A stretch of 64,000 nucleotides of DNA from an uncultured delta proteobacterium (GTDB lineage Bacteria > Desulfobacterota > Syntrophobacteria > BM002), in NCBI GenBank assembly GCA_963712115.1, contig CAVQGX010000032.1:64001-128000 (forward strand). Reading direction: 5' to 3'. Every line of letters begins with the position of its first letter. Position 1 is the stretch's first letter. A program made the translations under genes and the position numbers. Below are positions 7,793-16,992 of the stretch, piece after piece. The notes under the pieces were generated by a model. The model saw only the letters and a program-made list of their open reading frames with translations, did not search any database and was not told where the DNA came from.

Positions 7793-9928
7793 TTAGTATA
7801 TTGAACCAACGCGCTCCAGGGGCGCGAAGCCTAGATGGAGCAACCTGGTGCGCCCATCCTCAAACTGAATCTGCACCTTCACCCTGTCAGGGACGGCAAT
7901 TACCCTTCCTCTCCCAAAAAATGGATGCCGTACGGCATCTCCGGGACTGAATCCGGTTTCTTCTTCCAGCTCAGCCTTACTAACTGGAGCGGTATAAGCT
8001 TCCACTTCGTCTCCGTCATGGAAATAGTTGCCCCCTGGAAGTTCTCGTAAGAAGAGGGAAAGCGGGGCGGAATGAAAACCCGTTCTTCGATCATAAATAC
8101 GACGGGGGCAGCAGAGGTAGAGGAACTCTTTTGCTCGGGTTACTGCCACATAGAGCAACCGCCGTTCCTCTTCCAACACATCTTCATCAGCGTAAGCGTG
8201 GCTGGGAGGCAAGCGCCCCTCCACCGCAGAAATCAAAAAGACTGCACGCCACTCCAATCCCTTGGCCGAATGAATGGTGGAGAGCACCAGGTGGTCCTTG
8301 GCTAAATCTGGATGGTTTTCGGGAATGTTAGAACTTGGTGGCTCCAGGGCAACGTCCGCCAGGAACTCCTCCAAGCGCTCGTACTTCAAGGTCCAGTCTT
8401 GCAGATAATCCAACTCTCTTAGTCGTTTCGGATAGTCGTCATATTTGCTCACCAGAACTGGTTCGTAGTAGTCGCGGACCGCCCTTACTTGCTGGCTTAC
8501 GGTGAGACCAGCTTTGGAAAGTTCTTCGAATAAGTGCACCAGACGGTGAAGACCATGTTTGGCAGGAAGTTTTCGAGCATATGAGGCCAGTCTCTCTAGG
8601 CCCTTGCTGCTCTGACCGAGGTATTGAATAATTTCCTGACTGCGTTTGCTTCCTACCTGGCTGACTAGAAGTAGCAGCCGATTCCAACTGATTCGATCGC
8701 CGGGGCTTTTGAGGGCGCGCAAATGCGCCAGTAGATCTTTCACATGGGCCGACTCTATGAATTTAAAGCCACCATATTTCACAAAATTAATTCCCAGCCT
8801 AGTCAAGGCCACTTCGAGGTCGAAGGAATGGTAGCTCGCCCTGAAGAGCACGGCGATTTCCTTCAGGGGCACCCCTTTAAGTTGCAGTTCCTTTATTTTC
8901 CTGCAGATGTAATCGGACTGAGCGGACTCGTCCTCTGGCCTTAATAACCAAGGACGCTCTCCCTCGGCCTTGCGGGTGTAAAGACACTTAGTGTATTTCT
9001 GCCGCGACGACTGAATTATGCCATTGGCGAGGTCGAGCACAGGTTGAGGACTGCGATAGTTCTCCTCCAACTTCAAGACTCTCGACTGGGGAAACAATTT
9101 AGGAAAGTCCAAAATATTGCGGAAGTGAGCACCCCGAAAAGAATAAATCGACTGGCTGTCGTCGCCCACCACCATGACATTCTGATGAGACGTTGCCAGA
9201 GCTTGAACTATTTCAGCCTGCAAAATATTGGTATCCTGGTACTCATCGACTAGAAGGTAACTGTAGTGGGCAGAGAGCTGCAAGCAAACCTCTTGGTGCT
9301 CCCGCAGCAACCTGCTGAGATATACCAGCAAGTCGTCAAAATCCAACATCTGATGCTGACGTTTGTATGAGTTATAATGCTGCCGTAATTCCGACAGTTC
9401 TACCTGATATTGGAGGAACTGCTCATATTCACAAGTAAGCACCTGCTCCAGAGTCTCAGCCCGATTTACCGACTTACTAAAGATGTCCGAGATAGTGGAC
9501 TTCTTGGGAAAACGTCTGTTTTGCTCACGAAAGCCAAGATTTCCCACCAGAAAATTCAACACATCTTCCGCATCTGACCGATCGATGATACTGAAATCAG
9601 ATCCGAGAGAAAGGTATGTGCCATAGCGGTGCAGCACCCTGTTGGCAAGCCAGTGGAAAGTTCCTCCCACCACCTTTTGACAACGATGATCGAGCATCGA
9701 GATTGCTCGAGATATCATTTCGCTGGAGGCTCTCCGAGTGAAGGTTAAGAGCAGAATGGATCCCGGGTCCACCCCTTGCTCCACTAGCCAGGCAACCCTA
9801 TAAACCAAGGTTCGGGTTTTACCGCTACCCGCACCGGCTACAACCAGCATCGGCCCATCCCCTGCAGTGACCGCTTGGTATTGGGCTTCGTTTAGCTCAC
9901 CTTTGTAGTTGATACGTCTCGTTGTCAT
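7793..9928 (-). CDS. UvrD/PcrA/Rep family ATP-dependent DNA helicase
   Basis: AGAGSGKT, VDEYQD, GDDSQSIYSFRGA, STIHSAKGLEW, EERRLLYVAVTRA; C-terminal Tudor-like GDAVRHPFFGRG. Confidence 0.93.
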   Translation of the reverse strand: MTTRRINYKGELNEAQYQAVTAGDGPMLVVAGAGSGKTRTLVYRVAWLVEQGVDPGSILLLTFTRRASSEMISRAISMLDHRCQKVVGGTFHWLANRVLHRYGTYLSLGSDFSIIDRSDAEDVLNFLVGNLGFREQNRRFPKKSTISDIFSKSVNRAETLEQVLTCEYEQFLQYQVELSELRQHYNSYKRQHQMLDFDDLLVYLSRLLREHQEVCLQLSAHYSYLLVDEYQDTNILQAEIVQALATSHQNVMVVGDDSQSIYSFRGAHFRNILDFPKLFPQSRVLKLEENYRSPQPVLDLANGIIQSSRQKYTKCLYTRKAEGERPWLLRPEDESAQSDYICRKIKELQLKGVPLKEIAVLFRASYHSFDLEVALTRLGINFVKYGGFKFIESAHVKDLLAHLRALKSPGDRISWNRLLLLVSQVGSKRSQEIIQYLGQSSKGLERLASYARKLPAKHGLHRLVHLFEELSKAGLTVSQQVRAVRDYYEPVLVSKYDDYPKRLRELDYLQDWTLKYERLEEFLADVALEPPSSNIPENHPDLAKDHLVLSTIHSAKGLEWRAVFLISAVEGRLPPSHAYADEDVLEEERRLLYVAVTRAKEFLYLCCPRRIYDRRTGFHSAPLSLFLRELPGGNYFHDGDEVEAYTAPVSKAELEEETGFSPGDAVRHPFFGRGRVIAVPDRVKVQIQFEDGRTRLLHLGFAPLERVGSIY

Positions 9929-10103
9929 AATGGAAAGAGAGAACTTGAGCTCTTAGTGTGTGGTTTTTTCCCACCGTCTGGAAGGATGAGAGTCGATGGA
10001 GTATTGGAGTGCACTGCTCCAATATAGTCTGAGTCGTAAGGCAACAACAAATGATTAATAGCAAAGTTTATTGTTTTAGCCTGCACGGTGTGGCTTCAGC
10101 CAG

Positions 10104-11630
10104 CTACGACCGGCTGAAGTATTCCACAACTTCGGCTGTCAGAGCTTCGGTGGTGTATTCTTCTGGCATAATGTTGACCTCTAAACCATGCTCGCGGGCT
10201 GTCTGTGCAGTGATTGGCCCTATGCAAGCAATGGAGGCCTTCTCCACCAGGGATGGCAGATCGTCCTCAGCAAACATTTCCGCGAAGTTCTGTACGGTGG
10301 AGGAACTAGTGAAGGTGATACAGGAAATAACCCCTTTTTTTAGGAGGTCTCTAACTTCTTCTCTTTTCCCGGTTGGACGAATAGTCTCATAGACAGTTAC
10401 TACATCTATCCGCCCACCCATCTCTTCTATCATTTCCGGCAGGATTTCCCTCGCCTTTGCAGCCCTCGGCAATAGAAACCTCTTACCACGCACCTCGTCT
10501 GCACCCAGCCCGTCAATCACTGCCTCGGCCCGATACTCTGCCGGGATAAAATCAAGTCGTAAACCACGTTCCTCCAGACCTGCAGCAGTTTTGGGCCCTA
10601 TGGCACCGACTTTGATGCCGTGAAGAGCCCGCACATCTTCGCCTTTTTCTTGGAGGCGTTGAAAAAAGAAGCGCACGCCATTGATGCTGGTAAAAATTAC
10701 CCAGTCATAGTGGTCGAGGTTCTGAATAGCTTGATCGACTGGGCCCCAATTGGCGGGAGGTATCACCTCAATAGTTGGAAACTCAAGACATTGGGCGCCC
10801 TGCTCCTCTAGTAAAAGGCGAAAATCACTGGCCTGCTCTCGCGCCCTGGTCACAACCACCGTCTTGCCAAACAGTGGCCTCTCCTCAAACCAGTTGAGAT
10901 GTTGCCGCAATCCTGCGACCTCTCCAACCACGATGATGGCGGGGGGCTTGAGCCCAGTTGACTCTGCGATCCCGGCAATATTGCCAAGTGTCCCAACAAC
11001 TGTTTGCTGTTCTGCAGTCGTGCCCCACCGAATTACTGCCACTGGGGTTTCCGCTGCCCTCCCATGAGCGATCAACTGAGAGGCGATGAACTCCAGGTTC
11101 TTCACTCCCATTAGAAATACCAGGGTTCCCACACTGGTGGCCAGTCGATCCCAGTGGATTTCGGACTTCTCCTTTCCAGGCATTTCATGTCCGGTTACGA
11201 AGGCCACCGAGGCAGAAAGTCCTCTGTGGGTCAGGGGAATGCCTGCGTATGCCGGAACAGCAATAGCCGATGTAACCCCTGGCACGACCTCAAATCTAAC
11301 ACCAGCTTCCCTCAGGGCAAGAGCTTCTTCTCCGCCGCGACCGAAGATGAAAGGGTCTCCCCCCTTTAGACGGACCACCACCGAACTGCGCCCTTTCTCC
11401 ACCAGTAGAGCATTTATTTGCTCTTGACTCATGGCGTGATCCCCTGCTTTTTTCCCTACATAGATCCGCTCCGCCTGAGGAGGGGCGAATTCCAGCAGTT
11501 TGTCACTGGCTAGGTAGTCGTAGATAATCACCTCTGCCTGCTGAAGACAAGCTACTGCTTTAATAGTAGCAAGGGCCGGATCACCTGGACCGGCCCCAAC
11601 CAAATATACCCTACCTTGCTGCGCTTCCAA
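10104..11630 (-). CDS. cobA: Fused uroporphyrinogen-III C-methyltransferase / uroporphyrinogen-III synthase (CobA-HemD)
   Basis: VGAGPGDP, RLKGGDPFIFGRGGEE, then VVVTRAREQA, FTSING, IGPKTA, FTSSSTV. Confidence 0.95.
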   Translation of the reverse strand: MEAQQGRVYLVGAGPGDPALATIKAVACLQQAEVIIYDYLASDKLLEFAPPQAERIYVGKKAGDHAMSQEQINALLVEKGRSSVVVRLKGGDPFIFGRGGEEALALREAGVRFEVVPGVTSAIAVPAYAGIPLTHRGLSASVAFVTGHEMPGKEKSEIHWDRLATSVGTLVFLMGVKNLEFIASQLIAHGRAAETPVAVIRWGTTAEQQTVVGTLGNIAGIAESTGLKPPAIIVVGEVAGLRQHLNWFEERPLFGKTVVVTRAREQASDFRLLLEEQGAQCLEFPTIEVIPPANWGPVDQAIQNLDHYDWVIFTSINGVRFFFQRLQEKGEDVRALHGIKVGAIGPKTAAGLEERGLRLDFIPAEYRAEAVIDGLGADEVRGKRFLLPRAAKAREILPEMIEEMGGRIDVVTVYETIRPTGKREEVRDLLKKGVISCITFTSSSTVQNFAEMFAEDDLPSLVEKASIACIGPITAQTAREHGLEVNIMPEEYTTEALTAEVVEYFSRS

Positions 11631-11700
11631 CGGTAGATCACCCTTTCTCTGGTGGCTAAGGCAGTGCTTAACTCACCTTCGGAAAATTACTCCATTTTGC

Positions 11701-12642
11701 CTAGTGGTTGCCGTATATCTCCGCCAAAATTTCTCTTCCACCTGATTCCAGAACCACTTCCGCCAAACTTTCTCCAACAACCTCTGGCTGTCGGGCATCC
11801 CCGCGCATTTCTTTACGGATCAGCCGGACACCTTTCAGATCGGCTACCATTCCGGTGAGGATCAGGGTTTCACCCTCCATGGTCGCGTAACCGCCAATGG
11901 GCACCTGGCAACCACCTTCCAATCTCTTCAGAAAAGCACGTTCCGCCCTGACTGTGGTCACGGTTTGCTGGTGAATGAGGCTCGCCACTATTTCGTTTGT
12001 AGAAACGTCACCAATTCTTGTCTCTATTCCCAATGCTCCCTGTCCAACCGCCGGCAGTATCCGCTCCGGTTCAAGGTACTCGGAGATAACTTGGCTTAGT
12101 TCCATCCGTTTCAGCCCTGCAGCGGCCAGCACAATAGCATCTAAACCTTCACTTTCCAGCTTGCGCAACCGGGTATCCACATTTCCCCTCAAGGTTTCAA
12201 TGCGTAAATCAGGGCGCAGGTGAAGGAGTTGGGCAGCTCGCCGCAAACTACTAGTACCCACTCGAGCTCCATGGGGCAACTTATCAAGACCTGCGCCGTT
12301 TTTACTAATGAGCGCATCCCGCGGATCTTCCCTGGGCGGCATTGCCGCCAGGTGCAGCCCCTCGGGAAGCTCGGCCGGCATATCCTTAACGCTATGAACG
12401 GCCAGGTCTGCCCTACCGTCCAGCAGGGCCTCCTCGATCTCTTTGACAAAAAGACCCTTGCCTCCAACCATTGCCAGAGGAACGTCGAGGATCTTATCGC
12501 CCGTGGTCTTGATGACCACCAGTTCTACGATAAGTTCTTGCTGCCCTCTCAGCAGTTGAGATTTTACCCACTCTGCTTGCCACAGAGCTAGGGCGCTGCC
12601 CCGGGTTCCAATACGCAACCGTCTCTGCTCAGTCATGGACAT
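11701..12642 (-). CDS. hemC: Hydroxymethylbilane synthase
   Basis: IGTRGSALALWQA, GKGLFVKEIE, GTSSLRR, LEGGCQVP. Confidence 0.98.
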   Translation of the reverse strand: MSMTEQRRLRIGTRGSALALWQAEWVKSQLLRGQQELIVELVVIKTTGDKILDVPLAMVGGKGLFVKEIEEALLDGRADLAVHSVKDMPAELPEGLHLAAMPPREDPRDALISKNGAGLDKLPHGARVGTSSLRRAAQLLHLRPDLRIETLRGNVDTRLRKLESEGLDAIVLAAAGLKRMELSQVISEYLEPERILPAVGQGALGIETRIGDVSTNEIVASLIHQQTVTTVRAERAFLKRLEGGCQVPIGGYATMEGETLILTGMVADLKGVRLIRKEMRGDARQPEVVGESLAEVVLESGGREILAEIYGNH

Positions 12643-12660
12643 ATTTCTAATTCGTGGCAG

Positions 12661-12894
12661 CTAGTTGCAGCTGCCGCAATTGGTAGCGGCACAGCCGCTG
12701 CAACCACTTGCTCCACTGCCCATCCTGCTGCTCGCTGCACCTTTGTCTCCGCCACTTTTAAAACCAAATACGGATAGTACTCGCTGGACATTGTCCGTGC
12801 TGCACGTCGGACAGGCCACAGGGTCAGAGGAGCGAAATACTAGAGTCTCAAATTCTCTATCACAGCTCTCACAATAGTACTCATAAATGGGCAT
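12661..12894 (-). CDS. FmdB-family zinc ribbon protein
   Basis: MPIYEYYCESC...CPTC...CSGCAATNCGSC. Confidence 0.88.
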   Translation of the reverse strand: MPIYEYYCESCDREFETLVFRSSDPVACPTCSTDNVQRVLSVFGFKSGGDKGAASSRMGSGASGCSGCAATNCGSCN

Positions 12895-12961
12895 GAGTAT
12901 CTCCTGAATTGTCAGGTGCTTCTAGCCCGCATACTGACTTGCTTGTATACACCAAACGTGA

Positions 12962-12990
12962 ATAATAGCAGCACAAGAGACTGCTGACAA
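12962..12990 (-). promoter_or_regulatory. Candidate sigma-70 promoter of the FmdB-hemC-cobA unit
   Basis: TTGTCA-17 bp-TATTAT with extended TG. Confidence 0.55.
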
Positions 12991-13038
12991 CAAACTACTG
13001 AAAGCATTACTCCCCGGGATTTTTCGCCAATATCCAGG

Positions 13039-13410
13039 CTAAGCCCTTTCTATCCTCACTGATGTGCCTGAGGCGACAGACAAAAACCCCTTGGGATCAT
13101 CCAAAAGCTGGCCCACTAGGTTGACCGCACTGGCAGGCCGAATTTCCCCAGGGCCGCTAATGGGTGTGGCACCGAAGAAAATACAAAAGGCTTCACCCTG
13201 CGGCCAGTAACCCAAATCTCCTAACTGTACAAGTTCTCTGGCGTCAGTTTCTAGATCCTGCGACACCGGAATCCGAAAATAGATTTCTTCTCCCCAGGTG
13301 TTTGCCGAACCTTCGATCGGCAAGGCTTGCCATATGGCCCCGGCTGTCGGCGACTCGTTGAGTTCTGCCCTAGCCTCTACTTCGCCGGCCTTTATCAAAA
13401 TTTTCTTCAT
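13039..13410 (-). CDS. Cyclophilin-like fold protein
   Basis: LPIEGSANTWGEEIYF, GDLGYWPQGEAFCIFFGATP; likely start 13410. Confidence 0.8.
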   Translation of the reverse strand: MKKILIKAGEVEARAELNESPTAGAIWQALPIEGSANTWGEEIYFRIPVSQDLETDARELVQLGDLGYWPQGEAFCIFFGATPISGPGEIRPASAVNLVGQLLDDPKGFLSVASGTSVRIERA

Positions 13411-13454
13411 TCCCCGCCACCTATGTCGACCGCTTTGCTCAGAGAGCAGGCATT

Positions 13455-13555
13455 GCGAGACGGGCAAGAATAGCGAGACTGGCGAGAGGCGCAAGAAAAA
13501 AATACCAATTTGGCCTTTCTCCCGCCATCGCGTCTCGCCCGACCTCCCGTCTCGC
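13455..13555. repeat. 8-mer-periodic inverted repeat
   Basis: gcgagacg ggcaagaa tagcgagactggcgaga ... tcgcgtctcgcccgacctcccgtctcgc. Confidence 0.6.
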
Positions 13556-13573
13556 TGCAGCCTAAGCTCTAAT

Positions 13574-14536
13574 TTACCCTGAATCTATTGACTCAATAAC
13601 CGCCGCTGCCAGCAGCGGAAACATGATCTCGTGGTGGCCGATAAGTTCAAAACCTTTGCCCCCTTCCTGGGTTGGACGTTTTAACACATTAACTATGGGT
13701 CTATAGTGTCGGTTGAAGTCCAGGTTAACTGCGGTGAAGTCTCGCACCTGGTGGCCCAGATTTCTTACCAAAGTTATGGCTTTGAGAAAAATCTCAGGTA
13801 GAATTACCGCTGAGCCGAGGTTCAGATATACGCCTCTTTCCAGTGAAGCCACTAAACCGGCAAAAATTCGGAAATCCAGGTGGGTTGCGCTACCGGTCGC
13901 TGCTGGATCCAGGCTTGGATGCAGGTGAATAATGTCGGTGCCCAAGGCAACATGCACTGTTACGGGCACTCCAAGTCTCACCCCCTCGGCAAGAATCGAT
14001 TTTTCTAAGTGAGGGGCTTTGGCCCGCAAGAGTGCCCGTCCTACCGCCGCACCCAACCCGAGATCCCCCTCCCTTTCTTGGGCTACGGCTCGGTTCAGAA
14101 AATCCGCAGTCTCATGGCTCATGCCAAAGCTGCCATCCGCAAGTGACTCGGCCACATCCTCTGAAGTCTTGCCGGCCATGGCCATTTCAGCGTCATGTAT
14201 TATGCCAGCGCCGTTCATGGCCACACCGCTCAGTACTCCCCTTTCCATTAGATCGATAATTATCGGACTGAGTCCAACCTTGATAGGGTGCGCTCCCATA
14301 CCAAGCAATACCAGTCGGTTCTGCTCTCTAGCCTTACATATCCTCCGTACCACTTCCCTCAAGTCAGCCGCCCCCAGGACGGAAGGAAGCCGTTTTAAAA
14401 ACTCGCCAAAAGGTTGCCCTTTGTCCCAGGTCTGGCCGATGTCGGCCAATGACACCTTACTTTTTCGTTCGCCAAGATTGGAGGTGCGAATCCCTTCAAG
14501 TGAAATGGGTTTGCTTTTGTAACTATCTTTACTCAT
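13574..14536 (-). CDS. Deoxyhypusine synthase-like protein of unknown function
   Basis: GMGAHPIKVGLSP, NGAGIIHDAE, HVALGTDIIH, NLGSAVILPEIFLKA, GHHEIMFPLL; overlaps the gmhA stop by 4 bp. Confidence 0.65.
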   Translation of the reverse strand: MSKDSYKSKPISLEGIRTSNLGERKSKVSLADIGQTWDKGQPFGEFLKRLPSVLGAADLREVVRRICKAREQNRLVLLGMGAHPIKVGLSPIIIDLMERGVLSGVAMNGAGIIHDAEMAMAGKTSEDVAESLADGSFGMSHETADFLNRAVAQEREGDLGLGAAVGRALLRAKAPHLEKSILAEGVRLGVPVTVHVALGTDIIHLHPSLDPAATGSATHLDFRIFAGLVASLERGVYLNLGSAVILPEIFLKAITLVRNLGHQVRDFTAVNLDFNRHYRPIVNVLKRPTQEGGKGFELIGHHEIMFPLLAAAVIESIDSG

Positions 14537-15126
14537 GGAGATGAAAGCCTCTGGAAAAGTTGGTAATCTACGAGTTCACAGATGATATGGGCCATGGTGA
14601 TGTGACACTCTTGAATCCGAGCGGTATTTTCCGCATCCACCCTAAGCAAAACCTGCGCAAATTCGGCCATCTTCCCGGCGCCTGAGCCGGTCATGCCAAT
14701 AGTGCGCAGTCCTCGATTCCGAGCAACCCTCAATCCGGCTAGGACATTGGCCGCCTCTCCACTTGTACTGATGCCCCAGGCCACATCTCCTTCCATGCCC
14801 AGCGCCTTTATCTGCTTGCTGAAAATGTCATCGAAGTTGTAATCGTTGCCCACGCTCGTAAGAATAGAAGTATTTGTGGTCAAAGCCATGGCAGGTAGCG
14901 GCGGTCGTTCGATCATAAATTTGTTAACAAATTCAGCCGCAATGTGCTGGGCATCGGCGGCTGAACCGCCATTGCCAAAAATCATCAACTTACTTTCATT
15001 GTTAAAAGCTTCCACAATCACGGTGGCGGCACGGATCAATGACTCTTGATTGTTTTTTAGGCATCTCCGCTTAGCCTCGATGCTTTCCACAAAACTCCGC
15101 TCGATAATACTTTTCATTTCCTCCAT
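14533..15126 (-). CDS. gmhA: Phosphoheptose isomerase (SIS domain)
   Basis: GNGGSAADAQHIAAE, GND, GISTSG, TARIQECH. Confidence 0.92.
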   Translation of the reverse strand: MEEMKSIIERSFVESIEAKRRCLKNNQESLIRAATVIVEAFNNESKLMIFGNGGSAADAQHIAAEFVNKFMIERPPLPAMALTTNTSILTSVGNDYNFDDIFSKQIKALGMEGDVAWGISTSGEAANVLAGLRVARNRGLRTIGMTGSGAGKMAEFAQVLLRVDAENTARIQECHITMAHIICELVDYQLFQRLSSP

Positions 15127-15212
15127 AGATGCACCTTGCTATCCTCTTGGAGTTATGGGTCCTTCTATCTATATGACCAACCCATCCTTGTCAATCTAAA
15201 GTGCTAAAAGCT

Positions 15213-15460
15213 ATTTATCATATATCATTGCCCATTTCTCATTTTCCATTCGGGGATAAAACCAAAAGCTATTTTTGGGTTCATCGGGTATTTGCTTGGA
15301 TGGTCATCTTTTGGCCATCAACACTGTGGCCACCTTGGGACAGGGGGAGGTCCGAGAACTCCCCTTGTCCCATCCACGTCTTACATCATCGCATCCAATC
15401 AAATCCCGAATGAAGCTAATTTTAAAAAGAATAATGAAAAATGCGAAATGACAAATGTGC
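15213..15460. repeat. Heptamer-periodic inverted repeat enclosing Family B copy 2
   Basis: tcatata tcattgc ccatttc tcatttt ccatt ... aatgaaa aatgcga aatgaca aatgtg. Confidence 0.7.
15278..15416. mobile_element. Family B MITE, copy 2, with an extra internal hairpin
   Basis: Colinear with 6119-6227; TIR ggttcatcgggtatttgcttggatg / catccaatcaaatcccgaatgaagc; degenerate 8-bp flanks tatttttg / taatttta. Confidence 0.8.
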
Positions 15461-15508
15461 TTAGTGTCTTGTTTTCACCAGGCTGTCTGCTTCCAACTTT
15501 CGTTGTAC

Positions 15509-16492
15509 TCAGTCGCGATCAAATACCGGGGTATGAAGCTCTGAATTGCTTCGAATATCCTCTTCCAACAACTGTCGAAGCAGATAGTAGATCTCTCCGG
15601 GTCTTCCGGAGCCGATAGAATGACCATCAAACATCACAGCTGGCAGGATATCGAATGTAGTCCCGAAGAGCAGAATTTCAGAACCACAGTAAGCCTCGTT
15701 TAGCGTTATGTCTTCAAATATCACTTGTCGTAATTTGCCTGCTTCAACCAGTGACTCCGCCAACTCCGCCGCCCTTGTTACGGTGGTGCCTCTAAGAATC
15801 CTACTAAATCTCGGAAAATTCAGCACACCTTCCGAGGTCACCAAACCTACATTTTCGGTAGATCCCTCACCCAGAAAGCCGTTCTCGTCCATGGAAATAG
15901 TATACTGCACCCCCGCATCCACCGCCTCCTTCTTCATCAGCACATTAGGAAGGTAGTTACAACTCTTGATGTTGGCAAAATAGGACTTTTTAATCGGAAT
16001 GCTGCTGCTCTTAACAAAAACGCCTTCGGTCGCGTGCTCTGCTGGTGGTGAACTGGGACTACATACAACGATATAGATCTGTGAGGTTGGACACTCGTAA
16101 GGATTGGTGGTGAAACCACCCGGACCACGAGAGGCGAAAAGCCTAATCAGACAGTCCCGGGCTCCGGCAATGCGTATTGTCCCTATAACCAAGTTGGTTA
16201 TTTGTTCCAGCGTAGCTGGTAAAGCAAGGTACACTGCCCTGGCAGAGCGCTCCAAACGTTTCAGATGAGCTTGAAGATTATAGATATTACCGTTGACGCA
16301 CTTGAAAGCCTCGAAAATCCCATCCCCGCGGTGAACCATATGATCGTCTACAGGGATGGTCATAAGAAAGGGGTGGGTGACCACACCCCCCAGAACACTG
16401 TTGTACATAGCCAAATAATTCTGATGATAGGGTCTAACAAATTCCTTTGCCAAACTCTGGCAGTCCTTCAAATCCAGGTGGCGCAAGGTCAT
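15509..16492 (-). CDS. Aminotransferase class IV (D-amino acid / branched-chain / PabC-like)
   Basis: HRGDGIFEA, IKSCNYLPN, EGSTEN, ILRGTT. Confidence 0.88.
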   Translation of the reverse strand: MTLRHLDLKDCQSLAKEFVRPYHQNYLAMYNSVLGGVVTHPFLMTIPVDDHMVHRGDGIFEAFKCVNGNIYNLQAHLKRLERSARAVYLALPATLEQITNLVIGTIRIAGARDCLIRLFASRGPGGFTTNPYECPTSQIYIVVCSPSSPPAEHATEGVFVKSSSIPIKKSYFANIKSCNYLPNVLMKKEAVDAGVQYTISMDENGFLGEGSTENVGLVTSEGVLNFPRFSRILRGTTVTRAAELAESLVEAGKLRQVIFEDITLNEAYCGSEILLFGTTFDILPAVMFDGHSIGSGRPGEIYYLLRQLLEEDIRSNSELHTPVFDRD

Positions 16493-16544
16493 GTTTCACT
16501 CCTCTTCTCTCATAGGGAAGACAAAGTGGTAGGCGTTTTATGGT

Positions 16545-16587
16545 CCCTGCCCGCCATCGGCTTCGCCTTCAGGCGAGGCGGGCGGGT
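16545..16587. repeat. 43-bp GC-rich REP-like hairpin, copy 2
   Basis: ccctgcccgccatcggcttcgccttcaggcgaggcgggcgggt; exact reverse complement of 7654-7696. Confidence 0.9.
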
Positions 16588-16649
16588 CTGCGACCTCTTT
16601 GGTTCAATCGCCTCCTGCAACCACTCGAGCGCTGGCTCGAATGACCTCT

Positions 16650-16678
16650 ACAATAGGGAATCCCGACTCTTCCGTCAA
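16650..16678 (-). promoter_or_regulatory. Candidate sigma-70 promoter of the class IV aminotransferase
   Basis: TTGACG-17 bp-TATTGT. Confidence 0.55.
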
Positions 16679-16726
16679 TCCTTCCTTAGCCAAGATAACA
16701 TCCACTAGCCGTCACAGCCTCCGCTA

Positions 16727-16906
16727 ACCCGGTTGTTTCATGAGTTGATGTCGCGAGACCATGAAGATGGGTGGGCCACCGGGTAACCGCAGGGTGTTGG
16801 TTCCGAGGCGTACCTGAACGGTAAGTCGCAGGAGCCGACACCCGAGGACGCCCGGAAGGACGGCCATATCCAGGGTCGCAGCAAACAATTCATGAAACAA
16901 CCGGGT
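16727..16906 (+). mobile_element. Family A MITE-like structured element, copy 1 (180 bp)
   Basis: 17-bp perfect TIR acccggttgtttcatga; flanked by TA on both sides; highly similar to 41011-41190 and 63275-63475. Confidence 0.9.
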
Positions 16907-16992
16907 TACAAGCATAATCATCCACCGGTGTCTATTTGTCCCCCGCCATCACTGAGATAGTATTTCAGCAACTTTATCATGGCCACGGCTTC

